Shown piece by piece: positions 18,100 to 26,837 of a stretch of DNA of 32,000 nucleotides. Location: the NCBI GenBank assembly GCA_039809905.1, contig JBDHVY010000001.1, positions 870,001-902,000 on the forward strand, given 5' to 3'. The DNA comes from Candidatus Babelota bacterium. Lineage in GTDB: Bacteria; Babelota; Babeliae; Babelales; Vermiphilaceae. Numbering within the stretch: the stretch's first letter is position 1; every line of letters starts with the position of its first letter. Below the pieces are notes generated by a model. It did not search any database. It was given only the letters and a program-made list of their open reading frames with translations, and had not been told where the DNA came from. Made by a program: the position numbers and the translations under genes.

Positions 18100-19028
18100 T
18101 GAATATGATTTATTGTAAAAAACTAATTGCTGTTTATATTTTCGTTTTTTTTACTCCAGCATTAGTTGGTTATGGATTACCTGGAGTTAATCTCGGCTTT
18201 ACCAATATTCTTGATGGTGGTCCGGTTCGTCCAAATCCTGGTATGTATTGGCAGCAATATTTACAATATTATACTACTCAACGATTTTTAAATGCAGAAG
18301 GAAAGCCTCTTTTAGGCCTTCCTTCTCCTCGTTTTAGATCTCTTTTAACGATTGCGCAATTTGTATATCAAGGTAAGACTGTATGGCCATTGCGGGGAAT
18401 GCCCGGATTTGTGTTAGGTACAACAGCGGTAATGTATTCAAAAATTAACAAAAATGGGTTAGGTATACAAAGCTGCGGCAGTGGTTTTGGTAATTTTGGT
18501 TGTGGTATCTTTACTCAATGGTCAGCGACTATGCATAAAGGGAGAGAGCTTTTTGTGCATCGTCTTGAATTTGATTTTTCGATACCATCAGGGAAAAATA
18601 AATTACCGGAAAAGCAAATAAACCCAAGTAATACCTTTTTTTATTGTGGTCCTCACTGGGCTGCAACATTGTTTCTTTCTCACAAATGGAGTCTATCATG
18701 GCGATTACATTATCTTTGGAATGCACAAAATGAAAAGATAGATTTTCGTGCAGGCGATGCAATGTACGTGAATTATAGTTTGGCGTATGAACTATATCCA
18801 CATTTATTTTTTGGTGCGGTTGGATATGCTTTGGGGCAGTTACATAATAATCGCGCAAATGGTGTAACAATACCTGATAGCAAAGAACGTGTTTTTGGTG
18901 CTGGGCCAGGCATAGCATATTTTATCTCGGAAGATATTGTCTTTTTCAGTTATTTATATCTTGAAGGAGGTGTTCGAAATCGTCCTCAAGGTACAAGTTT
19001 TATTGCGCGTGCTGTTGTTCATTTCTGA
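18099..19028 (+). CDS. Outer-membrane beta-barrel protein, MetA-pathway-of-phenol-degradation-like transporter family (PF13557-like)
   Basis: It has a signal peptide. The family-typical N-terminus is GLPGVNLGFTNILDGGPVRPNPGMYWQQYLQYY. The body is rich in G/Y/F beta-strands and the C-terminus RAVVHF ends in Phe. The family assignment is from memory of the motif, not from a search. Confidence 0.6.
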   Translation: MNMIYCKKLIAVYIFVFFTPALVGYGLPGVNLGFTNILDGGPVRPNPGMYWQQYLQYYTTQRFLNAEGKPLLGLPSPRFRSLLTIAQFVYQGKTVWPLRGMPGFVLGTTAVMYSKINKNGLGIQSCGSGFGNFGCGIFTQWSATMHKGRELFVHRLEFDFSIPSGKNKLPEKQINPSNTFFYCGPHWAATLFLSHKWSLSWRLHYLWNAQNEKIDFRAGDAMYVNYSLAYELYPHLFFGAVGYALGQLHNNRANGVTIPDSKERVFGAGPGIAYFISEDIVFFSYLYLEGGVRNRPQGTSFIARAVVHF

Positions 19029-19147
19029 TATACTATTTTATAACCATTTACACTTTAGTTTTTGTTTTGATATTTTTCATATTGTGCATTGTAAAAGCGG
19101 AAATTAAAAAAATAATTCATATTTTTTTATAAAAGAGGGGGTTTCTG

Positions 19148-19786
19148 ATGAAAAAACAAATGTTATTTGTTGGGATATTGATAATAGGAGTGCATAATCT
19201 TTATGGTTCGATTGATTCTGATCGTATAGAACAAAAACTAGCATATGCGGCTCCAAAGGCTTTTGGTAGTTTTATGATGTTTAAAGACCGTATTAATCCG
19301 CAAGGATTAGATGAATGGAATGCGGCTATTGATGAGGGAAAAAATATTGTCATTGTCGCTAACAAAAAAAGTAAAAAAGTGCAAAATTATTCCAGACGTA
19401 TTGATAATGCAAATAATGAACTTATCAACGCAATTAAGCTGGCTTATAATACCATGTTTATGCCATTTACAAACGTTGATGCACTTTCTAATGAGCAAGT
19501 AGTTGCTAATCTTCGACACAAGAAAAAATTTACCGCACTATTTGCTAAAATTAAAGATGATGCTAATCAACTGAAAAAAGAAATTAAAAAAAGTAAGTTA
19601 TCAGAAGGCAATGTTGCTGATGTATTGGCAGTATATATAGCTAATTATGCTGATAATGCGATGAATTCATTGGATTATTGGACATCGGTAAAATCATCTA
19701 AATTTTATATTTCGCCATTAGTTGTAGATCCTGATGAATCTATACGTGGGTGGAAAGTTAAACGAGATGTTATAAAAGAAAGCTAA
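19148..19786 (+). CDS. Secreted protein, function unknown
   Basis: AGAGGGGG RBS. The signal peptide is MKKQMLFVGILIIGVHNLYG. The body is Lys-rich and helical with no recognisable motif. Confidence 0.6.
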   Translation: MKKQMLFVGILIIGVHNLYGSIDSDRIEQKLAYAAPKAFGSFMMFKDRINPQGLDEWNAAIDEGKNIVIVANKKSKKVQNYSRRIDNANNELINAIKLAYNTMFMPFTNVDALSNEQVVANLRHKKKFTALFAKIKDDANQLKKEIKKSKLSEGNVADVLAVYIANYADNAMNSLDYWTSVKSSKFYISPLVVDPDESIRGWKVKRDVIKES

Positions 19787-19859
19787 AAAATGAGCGATAT
19801 GATATTATATGAACCAAGTTATTTTCATATATACAGTATAAATTATTAAAGTATCCTGA

Positions 19860-21755
19860 ATGGTTATTCATCGTACTGTGCGTTTATGTTTAGCAATTAT
19901 TTTTTTAATGGGCACTTTTTTTTGTGGTGCCCTTTTTTTTATTATGCATAATCATACAATCGATTTTTCAATTCTTGCTCATTATAACACAGGTAATGCA
20001 TCATTATTGCTTGATGATGAAGGTAATGAATGGGGTAAATTTCAGTTAGATCGGCGTGATCCGATTGATGGGGCACAATTACCTCAACATCTTATTAGCG
20101 CGTTTATTGCGGCAGAAGATTGGGATTTTTTTAAGCATAATGGTATATCCTGGAAAGGTATTATTCGTTCTATCATAGTTAATGTTTATCATGGACGAAA
20201 AGTTCAAGGAGCAAGTACTATTACGCAGCAATTAGTTAAATTATTGTTTTTCGATTCGCGCAAAACATTTACGAGAAAAATAAAAGAACAGCTCTATGCA
20301 ATTCTTGTGGAATTTCAATTAACTAAGGAACAGATTTTACATACCTATCTGAATCATGTTTGTTTTGGTTGTGGAATTTATGGTGTGGAAGCGGCAAGTC
20401 AACGATTTTGGGGTAAGCATGCTCATGAAATTTCTATAGAAGAAGCTGCTACTTTAGCAGGGATTATTCGCTCGCCTGCTCGGTATTGTCCTTTAGTGCA
20501 TCCGCTTTCTGCTCAAAAACGGCGTGATGTTATTTTAGGAAAAATGAAGCATTTAGGATTTATTACTGAAAGTGAATGCGAAGATTTTCTTGCTTGCTCT
20601 GTTGAAATAAAGGATAAGCATGTGGATGTTTTTGCCCCACATGTAAAAGAAATGCTTCGTGCACAGTTGGAAAATATGTTAGGAAAAGCAGCATTATATT
20701 CGGGTTCGTTGGGGATTCAAACAACTATTAATAAAAAGATGCAAGAAATAGCACAAGATATTTTTACTGCCGAAATGATAAAACTACGCAAGGAATTTGG
20801 TAAAGATATTGATGGAGGCATGATTGTTATTGATAGAAAAACAGGAGAGATTAAAGCTTTAGTTGGTGGATTTGATTTTACTGTTTCAAAATTTAATAGA
20901 GTTACACAAGCTTGTAGACAAATAGGATCTACCTTTAAACCATTAATCTATGCATGTGCCATGGAACAAGGTATGACGTTTGCTGATACGGAAATCGATG
21001 AGCCAACCGAATGGTTACAAAATAATACCATCTGGGCACCTAAAAATTACAACAAAAAATTTAATGGCCAAATTACTCTTGCTTATGCACTATCACATTC
21101 AAATAATATTGTGAGTATAAAAACATTTCTCAAAGTTGGTGCGCAAAATGTCATTGCGCTTGCAAAAAAATGTCGTATAAAATCACATTTCCATTCATAT
21201 CCTTCTTTAGCATTGGGATGTATTGATACAACACTTTGTGAAGTCGCTGGAATGTTTAATGTCTTTGCCAATGATGGTATATACGTGGAACCGCATGTAT
21301 TATCGTTAGTAAAAGATCGATGGGGCACGCGCATATACAAAACAGTTCCTGAAGTTGAAAGAGTGCTTCATAGTCGGATTGTAGGGCAAGTAAAAGCAGT
21401 ATTATGTTTGGGACCAGAACGGGTAAAAAGGATGTATGGTCCACAAAATTGGCTTACATCAGAAGTCATGAGTAAAACAGGAACGACTAATGATTCGCGT
21501 ACTTGTTGGTATGTAGGATCAACACCAGATTTGACGGTTGCTATATGCATTGGTTTTGATGATAATCGTCCGATGGGTGAAAATGTATATCCTCTTCGTA
21601 CAGCTCTTCCTATTTGGCTTGCATTTAATCGTGCAGTTGAGGATAGTACACAAAAATTTTCATATGATCCATTACTCAAAAAAATAGTTATTGATGAGCG
21701 TACCGGTTTGCCATCTTCATTAGGCAAACCGGGAGCTATTTCTATTTTAGTTTGA
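19860..21755 (+). CDS. mrcA: Class A penicillin-binding protein (bifunctional GT51 glycosyltransferase / transpeptidase, PBP1A-type)
   Basis: N-terminal TM anchor. GT51 motifs are AAEDWDFFKHNGI, GASTITQQLVK and RKIKE. Transpeptidase motifs are STFKP (SxxK), SHSNN (SxN) and KTGTT (KTG). Confidence 0.95.
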   Translation: MVIHRTVRLCLAIIFLMGTFFCGALFFIMHNHTIDFSILAHYNTGNASLLLDDEGNEWGKFQLDRRDPIDGAQLPQHLISAFIAAEDWDFFKHNGISWKGIIRSIIVNVYHGRKVQGASTITQQLVKLLFFDSRKTFTRKIKEQLYAILVEFQLTKEQILHTYLNHVCFGCGIYGVEAASQRFWGKHAHEISIEEAATLAGIIRSPARYCPLVHPLSAQKRRDVILGKMKHLGFITESECEDFLACSVEIKDKHVDVFAPHVKEMLRAQLENMLGKAALYSGSLGIQTTINKKMQEIAQDIFTAEMIKLRKEFGKDIDGGMIVIDRKTGEIKALVGGFDFTVSKFNRVTQACRQIGSTFKPLIYACAMEQGMTFADTEIDEPTEWLQNNTIWAPKNYNKKFNGQITLAYALSHSNNIVSIKTFLKVGAQNVIALAKKCRIKSHFHSYPSLALGCIDTTLCEVAGMFNVFANDGIYVEPHVLSLVKDRWGTRIYKTVPEVERVLHSRIVGQVKAVLCLGPERVKRMYGPQNWLTSEVMSKTGTTNDSRTCWYVGSTPDLTVAICIGFDDNRPMGENVYPLRTALPIWLAFNRAVEDSTQKFSYDPLLKKIVIDERTGLPSSLGKPGAISILV

Positions 21756-21765
21756 AATGTTAATT

Positions 21766-22482
21766 TTACGGTAATGGTATATATTCGTTTGTGGTATTTA
21801 AATAAAGGAATCCTGTTCCATCTGGGTTTAAATAAATTTCAACGTCTTTTGGTATTTCTTGAGAAAAAGGAACAGATTTTTCTTCATTATAATCAAAAGA
21901 CCATATTTGCAAAGGCTTTTTAATAGTATTCATTACGTATTTGACTGCTTCATGTAATGTCCTACAGTAGACTATGTTTTCGGGTGTTTTTTTTGCTATT
22001 GTAATAAATCGAATCAAATTTATAGACTTATAGGTTTTTACGACATCATTCATTCTATTCATTAGTTCATGTATATGTGATCTGTATTCATAATTTGGGC
22101 AACAGCTTAGAGCTGCATACCATGTTTGATCATTGTGTTGAGCTAATATAGCTGCAGTTACATGTCCTTTAAAATCGGTGATAGACAAAATACGCTCTTT
22201 TTTTTGAGGCATAATATACGAACCACCGAATTTTTTTACACATAATTCATTTTCGCGTTGAGCGCGTTGTGCTATCTCCAAATCCTTAAAATGAGGTGTT
22301 TTTTGCTGCATGGATTCCAGATCTTTGGTAATGCATAGATGAAATGTTTTATCGCCTATTGTTGCTTTACCATTGGAGATCATACCGGTTATAGATAGGG
22401 TATTGAGCAGAGAAAAATGATGCATAGATATAGTTGTATTGACCACGAATAAAGAGATACAAAGTAAAATGTTTTTTTTCAT
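21766..22482 (-). CDS. Secreted protein of unknown function, translationally coupled to murG
   Basis: The signal peptide is MKKNILLCISLFVVNTTIS. Its ATG overlaps the murG stop in an ATGA overlap at 22479-22482. I recognise no motif. Confidence 0.6.
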   Translation of the reverse strand: MKKNILLCISLFVVNTTISMHHFSLLNTLSITGMISNGKATIGDKTFHLCITKDLESMQQKTPHFKDLEIAQRAQRENELCVKKFGGSYIMPQKKERILSITDFKGHVTAAILAQHNDQTWYAALSCCPNYEYRSHIHELMNRMNDVVKTYKSINLIRFITIAKKTPENIVYCRTLHEAVKYVMNTIKKPLQIWSFDYNEEKSVPFSQEIPKDVEIYLNPDGTGFLYLNTTNEYIPLP

Positions 22483-23534
22483 GCTAGAAGTTCTTTATCT
22501 AATGATTTATCTTTGATTGTAAATAATAAATCATTAATTTGTTGAAGTAAAACATTATTATTTTTTACAATAACATTTTGTTTAAGCAGGTAAAATAATT
22601 CTGGATACTCCTTTGTCATAGCCTGGGCATTATCAACTTGATGAGTTGTTGTATTGGTTTCCAATGGAATAATGATACAGGGTTTATTAAAAAATTTTAC
22701 TTCAAATAATGTCCCTGCACCTGCACGACATATAATAAGATCGGCTGCTATATACATGCTTTCTAAGTTTGGCATATAACTAAATACATACGCAGTGATA
22801 TCATGTTTTTTATAAAAATCTTTCCAATTCATAGCATCTAAAGAACCTGTTTGATGAATAATTTGTGTTGTGTGAGGATTAATGAGATTGTTTTCAATCA
22901 ATTCTTTTACGCACATGTTTAAAAATAGTGATCCTTGTGATCCTCCGAATATAACAATTGTTTTTTTTTCTGGTAATAAACCCAACGTAAGCAAAGCTGT
23001 TTGTTTATCTGGTAGATGAGTGATGTTTTGATATTTAACAGGATATGATTCAACGATACATTTGCGCGCAGGAAAATAACCTTGTGAACTTGAAAAACAG
23101 GTGACAATTGTTGTTGCAAGGGGAGCCAAAAATTGTATTGCTTTACCGGGGATTGCATCAAGGGAATAGAGTGTAATGGGAATGCGCAGAATAAAACCTG
23201 CAATGCAGGTGGGAATCGCAACAATGCCTCCCGTCGTAATAATTTTTTCTGGTTTGTGCTTATACAGATAAAAAAAACTAAGCATGAATGAATGCAAAGC
23301 GTTCCACAATGTTTTTAGCAAAGAACCAGCGCGCGAGCTGAGTGAAAGCATTATGTGAGTAGAAACATGAGGATTATTGCCAAGAATTTTTTTATCAAGG
23401 TTGGTGTTGGAAGAAAAGAATAGAATATTAAAACGCTCGTTCTCACGAGCGTAAATATTTTCTGCGATAGTCAAACAAGGTATAATATGTCCACCAGATT
23501 TTCCTGCAACAAAGCAGACTGTTTTTTTGTTCAT
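22479..23534 (-). CDS. murG: UDP-N-acetylglucosamine--N-acetylmuramyl-(pentapeptide) pyrophosphoryl-undecaprenol GlcNAc transferase MurG
   Basis: Motifs: VCFVAGKSGGHIIPCLTIAE (G-loop), VIFGGSQGS, IHQTG and ICRAGAGTLFE. The 351-aa length is typical. Confidence 0.92.
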   Translation of the reverse strand: MNKKTVCFVAGKSGGHIIPCLTIAENIYARENERFNILFFSSNTNLDKKILGNNPHVSTHIMLSLSSRAGSLLKTLWNALHSFMLSFFYLYKHKPEKIITTGGIVAIPTCIAGFILRIPITLYSLDAIPGKAIQFLAPLATTIVTCFSSSQGYFPARKCIVESYPVKYQNITHLPDKQTALLTLGLLPEKKTIVIFGGSQGSLFLNMCVKELIENNLINPHTTQIIHQTGSLDAMNWKDFYKKHDITAYVFSYMPNLESMYIAADLIICRAGAGTLFEVKFFNKPCIIIPLETNTTTHQVDNAQAMTKEYPELFYLLKQNVIVKNNNVLLQQINDLLFTIKDKSLDKELLA

Positions 23535-23587
23535 TTTTTTGTATTCACTATGTAGGTTTATTTTTTTTACGTTGTCAAAATACTTAT

Positions 23588-25231
23588 TTATTTTTGAGCA
23601 AGCAGTAGTTTCATTTTTTCTAAAGCCTTTTTTTCTTTATTATTTTTAACTAATGTTTCAGCTTTTTTAGTGAAAGTATCGGCAAATTCTTTATTATCTA
23701 AAGAATAATGTACTTTTGCCAAGTGTAATAATATGGTGCTGTTGTTATGCGCTGATAGCTTTTCAAGAATGGTATGAGCTTCAGGGTACTTTTTTTCTTT
23801 ATATAAAATAACTGCCTGAGTGTCTAAAAAGTAGGGGTTAGCGCTATCGTATTTCAAAGCTTTCTCAATAAAAGTATGCGCTTTAGCTAAATCTTTTCCT
23901 TTTGTTGCCCAATAATATGCAAGATTATTATTAATATGAGGGCATTCCTGATTTAGTTCATAAGCATGTTCAAGTGTGGTAAGCATTGCTGAATAATTAT
24001 TGTGTTCATAGTGTATCAGTGCTAATTGATACTCAACTTTTGAAGCAAGAATTTTATCCGTGATATGGGGCAAGGCTTTTTCAAGATATGTTTTTGCACT
24101 ATCATGTTGGCCATTACGTAAAGATATATCCGCACAGTACATATTGCACCATGCGTTATCAGGTTGTTTTGCCAAAACAGAGGTGAATATTGCAGCAATC
24201 TGTGTGCTTGGCATGCCATTATGACTCAAAAGCGAGAGGGTTTTTGGCCATATATCGCAACTTGGTTGTTCTATAATCCATTCGCTAAGATTTTCTGCTG
24301 CTTCAGTAAATTTTTTCATGGTAGCTAAAATCTGTATTTTAAATAGTTTGTATTCTTTGTTTTGTGGAGCATGTATTATGCAATCATTAATACATGCTAA
24401 TGCCTGAGGATAACGTTGTTGTTTAAATAGAATAATTGCCTTATCGATATTTGCTGTTTGAGGGACAAGATGTTGTTTGTGTTCATTAACAGAATTATAT
24501 TTGACCGTGAGGTCAAAAAGATGTTTTTCCACAGATCTATTGCTGCCAGAAATTTCTAAAAATGTTGTATATCCAGAAAGTGCTTCTTTGATGTTTCCTT
24601 CTTTTTCATAGAGTGATGCGTATAACAGCCACCCTTTATCAAAATGGGGATGCAACTCTAAACATTTTTTGACATTATCGAGTGCACTTGGCAATTGTTC
24701 TAGTTGCACATAAATGTGAGATTTTAAAAAGTAAAAGATAAAACTGTTTGGTCGGCGTGGGGTATTATTCAGATATCCGTTGATTGTTAATAAAGCATTT
24801 TCAGGTTCTTTTCGTTGCAAGTAAGTTTGTGCTGCAGCCAATACTATATCCGGATGGGTCTTGAATGATTGGCTAAGACTAATAATAAGGCTATCGGCGA
24901 GCTGGGTTTTTTTTATTTTTTGTAATGCGTGAACAAAAATAAGCTGTACATCAGGATCTTGTACAAATTTTTTTTGTAACAAAGGCATTAATGTTACAAT
25001 TTTTTCAAATTGTTTTGTGTCCATTAATAATGTTAAATATCCTTTATAACCATACACACAATTATGAGCAGAAAATAAACTTTTATACCAATCGTTTGCC
25101 TGCGATATATTTCCTGAAAAATGATTGTAGTTTGCCCAAAAATAACGATGAAAATTTGTTTGATTATTTCCGATGATGCTTGTGTTGATAGATATGATAC
25201 AGAACAATGTATAAAAAATTGTCTTCTTCAT
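23588..25231 (-). CDS. Secreted tetratricopeptide-repeat (TPR) protein
   Basis: Start at MKKTIFYTLFCIISINTSIIG (AGGAG 5 nt upstream; the upstream gene's stop lies 2 nt before it). Many 34-aa TPR-like units are present, e.g. AKAHTFIEKALKYDSANPYFLDTQAVILYKEKKYPEAHTILEKL. Confidence 0.8.
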   Translation of the reverse strand: MKKTIFYTLFCIISINTSIIGNNQTNFHRYFWANYNHFSGNISQANDWYKSLFSAHNCVYGYKGYLTLLMDTKQFEKIVTLMPLLQKKFVQDPDVQLIFVHALQKIKKTQLADSLIISLSQSFKTHPDIVLAAAQTYLQRKEPENALLTINGYLNNTPRRPNSFIFYFLKSHIYVQLEQLPSALDNVKKCLELHPHFDKGWLLYASLYEKEGNIKEALSGYTTFLEISGSNRSVEKHLFDLTVKYNSVNEHKQHLVPQTANIDKAIILFKQQRYPQALACINDCIIHAPQNKEYKLFKIQILATMKKFTEAAENLSEWIIEQPSCDIWPKTLSLLSHNGMPSTQIAAIFTSVLAKQPDNAWCNMYCADISLRNGQHDSAKTYLEKALPHITDKILASKVEYQLALIHYEHNNYSAMLTTLEHAYELNQECPHINNNLAYYWATKGKDLAKAHTFIEKALKYDSANPYFLDTQAVILYKEKKYPEAHTILEKLSAHNNSTILLHLAKVHYSLDNKEFADTFTKKAETLVKNNKEKKALEKMKLLLAQK

Positions 25232-25233
25232 TC

Positions 25234-25659
25234 TCACTCCTGATAGCACCTCATCCGAAATGTTTTAAGAGCTTCTCGTAACACTGGATCGGCTATTTTT
25301 GCAAGTGTACGTTCATCTTGCGTGCTTAACGTAATATTTTTTTTAATAGTAGCTTGTGGGCGAATGATATTTTGTTTGCTTTTTTTTACGCCAACGTGTT
25401 TAAAGCGTATCTCTTTAATATGCGGTTGGTCTAGTTTTTCATTAATTGTTTTAATAAGCAACGGAGATAATATATATAATTCCTGCATCCAACAAGAATG
25501 AATGACACCGAGAATAAGGATGTCATCGTGAATTTTTTCGATACGAACTTTATTGTGTAAAGATCCAATTATATCGTTCCAGCGATACAATAAATCGATT
25601 TTCCAATTCTTTTCGGTATTAATGATTTTGTGTAAAAGGTCTTTTAGGTTTATAGCCAT
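25234..25659 (-). CDS. DUF721/DciA-like protein (candidate replicative helicase operator)
   Basis: It fits the family pattern W..I.G......V.I..I.D..L.L.V..S.W..EL......L...IN..L.....I..IRFK in RWNDIIGSLHNKVRIEKIHDDILILGVIHSCWMQELYILSPLLIKTINEKLDQPHIKEIRFKHVG. The start is taken at MAINLKDLL (25659). The longer track ORF would overlap the divergent gene's start region. Confidence 0.55.
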   Translation of the reverse strand: MAINLKDLLHKIINTEKNWKIDLLYRWNDIIGSLHNKVRIEKIHDDILILGVIHSCWMQELYILSPLLIKTINEKLDQPHIKEIRFKHVGVKKSKQNIIRPQATIKKNITLSTQDERTLAKIADPVLREALKTFRMRCYQE

Positions 25660-25795
25660 ATCGTTTTTGGTAATAAAGTTAATGTTACTATTATACTTTA
25701 TTATATTGATTTTTCCTAAAAAGCCTCTTATTATAAAGCCGTTTAGTTTTTTCGAATCAATGAATATTACCATTTTATACAAAGGAAAAGCTTTC

Positions 25796-26068
25796 ATGAA
25801 ATCTTATACTAAGATTCTTTTATTGTGCATATTTTCATCTGCAGTGCAGTGTGCTGAGCCACAAAAAAGTCCTCTTTCTGGTAGTAGTGATAGAATTCCT
25901 ATTCCAGCTCGCAAAAAACAGAAAGACTTTGTTAATTTAGATAGGTCTCCTATACTCTGGTCTCCTACCAAGGCATCCCAACCACTTACTCCAGGAATCT
26001 ATTTTTCAGCTATATTTAATCAAAGTTGTTCCCCAAGCCCTGAATTCTATAATAAACAACCCAAGTAA
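25796..26068 (+). CDS. Small secreted Pro/Ser-rich protein, function unknown
   Basis: The internal ATG of track ORF 25553..26068 is preceded by AAAGGAAAAG. The signal peptide is MKSYTKILLLCIFSSAVQCAEP. The upstream part of the track ORF is antisense to the DciA-like gene. Confidence 0.45.
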   Translation: MKSYTKILLLCIFSSAVQCAEPQKSPLSGSSDRIPIPARKKQKDFVNLDRSPILWSPTKASQPLTPGIYFSAIFNQSCSPSPEFYNKQPK

Positions 26069-26072
26069 TGGG

Positions 26073-26828
26073 TTATAACAAAACTTTGATGAGATTTTCC
26101 TGTGTTTGTAAATAAAGGTTGCGCCAGAAAATAAGACAGCTTCCTGGCATAGGTGGTTGTAATTGTGCTTTTTGGAGTGTGGAAATAAGAGAAATGATTT
26201 CTTCAATGTGATTTTGTTGGTATACAGAAAGCCAATAACTTATTATTTGATCAAGTAATTCTAAGCTTTCACGTTCGTTAATTGTTGTTGCATCAATGAT
26301 TTTTGCAAAATCATTGCTTGCAACAATTTTTTTTGTAAAAACTTCAACAAGCGGATGAGTTATTTGAGACGATGGAGATTTTTCTAAAATGTGTAGAGCG
26401 CATCGTGATTTGATAGTCGGTACTATTTGCTCCGGATGCTCTGCGAGCAAAATAAAATGATATCCTGCAGGGGGCTCTTCCATAGGCTTTAATAATTTAT
26501 TAGCGCATGCAGCTGTTAAAAAATCTGCTTTTTGGATGATAAAGAAAAAATGTTTACCTGGTTCTTGCTGATAGGCGAGTGTAGTAAAAAGATCGTCAAG
26601 CTGATCAAGCGTATAATTTTTTTCTGGATGTAGCCACATTATTGCATGATGCTGTTTTTCTCTGATTTGTAAGCAGGAAATACAGGTATTACAACCATCA
26701 TGTAAGCAGAATATTTTTTGCAGCAATTGTTCCGTTGCTTGTAATGTTTGGCTGTTATGACCAATAAAAAGTATAGCAGGCGGTAATGTTGTGCAGGTGT
26801 AATGTAGAGGTGCGTTGTTTTTATTCAT
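26073..26828 (-). CDS. holB: DNA polymerase III subunit delta' (clamp-loader)
   Basis: PPAILFIGHN is a degenerate P-loop typical of delta'. The Zn-module-like sequence is CLHDGCNTCISCLQI. Further motifs are IIQKADFLTAACANKLLKPMEEPP and IVPTIKSRC (sensor 1/SRC motif). Confidence 0.85.
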   Translation of the reverse strand: MNKNNAPLHYTCTTLPPAILFIGHNSQTLQATEQLLQKIFCLHDGCNTCISCLQIREKQHHAIMWLHPEKNYTLDQLDDLFTTLAYQQEPGKHFFFIIQKADFLTAACANKLLKPMEEPPAGYHFILLAEHPEQIVPTIKSRCALHILEKSPSSQITHPLVEVFTKKIVASNDFAKIIDATTINERESLELLDQIISYWLSVYQQNHIEEIISLISTLQKAQLQPPMPGSCLIFWRNLYLQTQENLIKVLL

Positions 26829-26837
26829 ATGAGTAAT

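Noticed and set aside
21083-21727. Three ORFs (85, 62, 119 aa) antisense to the PBP1A gene
   Set aside because: They lie opposite a full-length, motif-complete PBP gene, with no RBS or recognisable features.
22919-23224. 101-aa ORF in an alternative frame on the minus strand within murG
   Set aside because: It lies fully inside murG in another frame and has no independent support.
25553-25795. Upstream 81 codons of track ORF 25553..26068
   Set aside because: This part is antisense to the DciA-like gene and has no signal or RBS. Only the segment from ATG 25796 (RBS plus signal peptide) was kept, and that at modest confidence.
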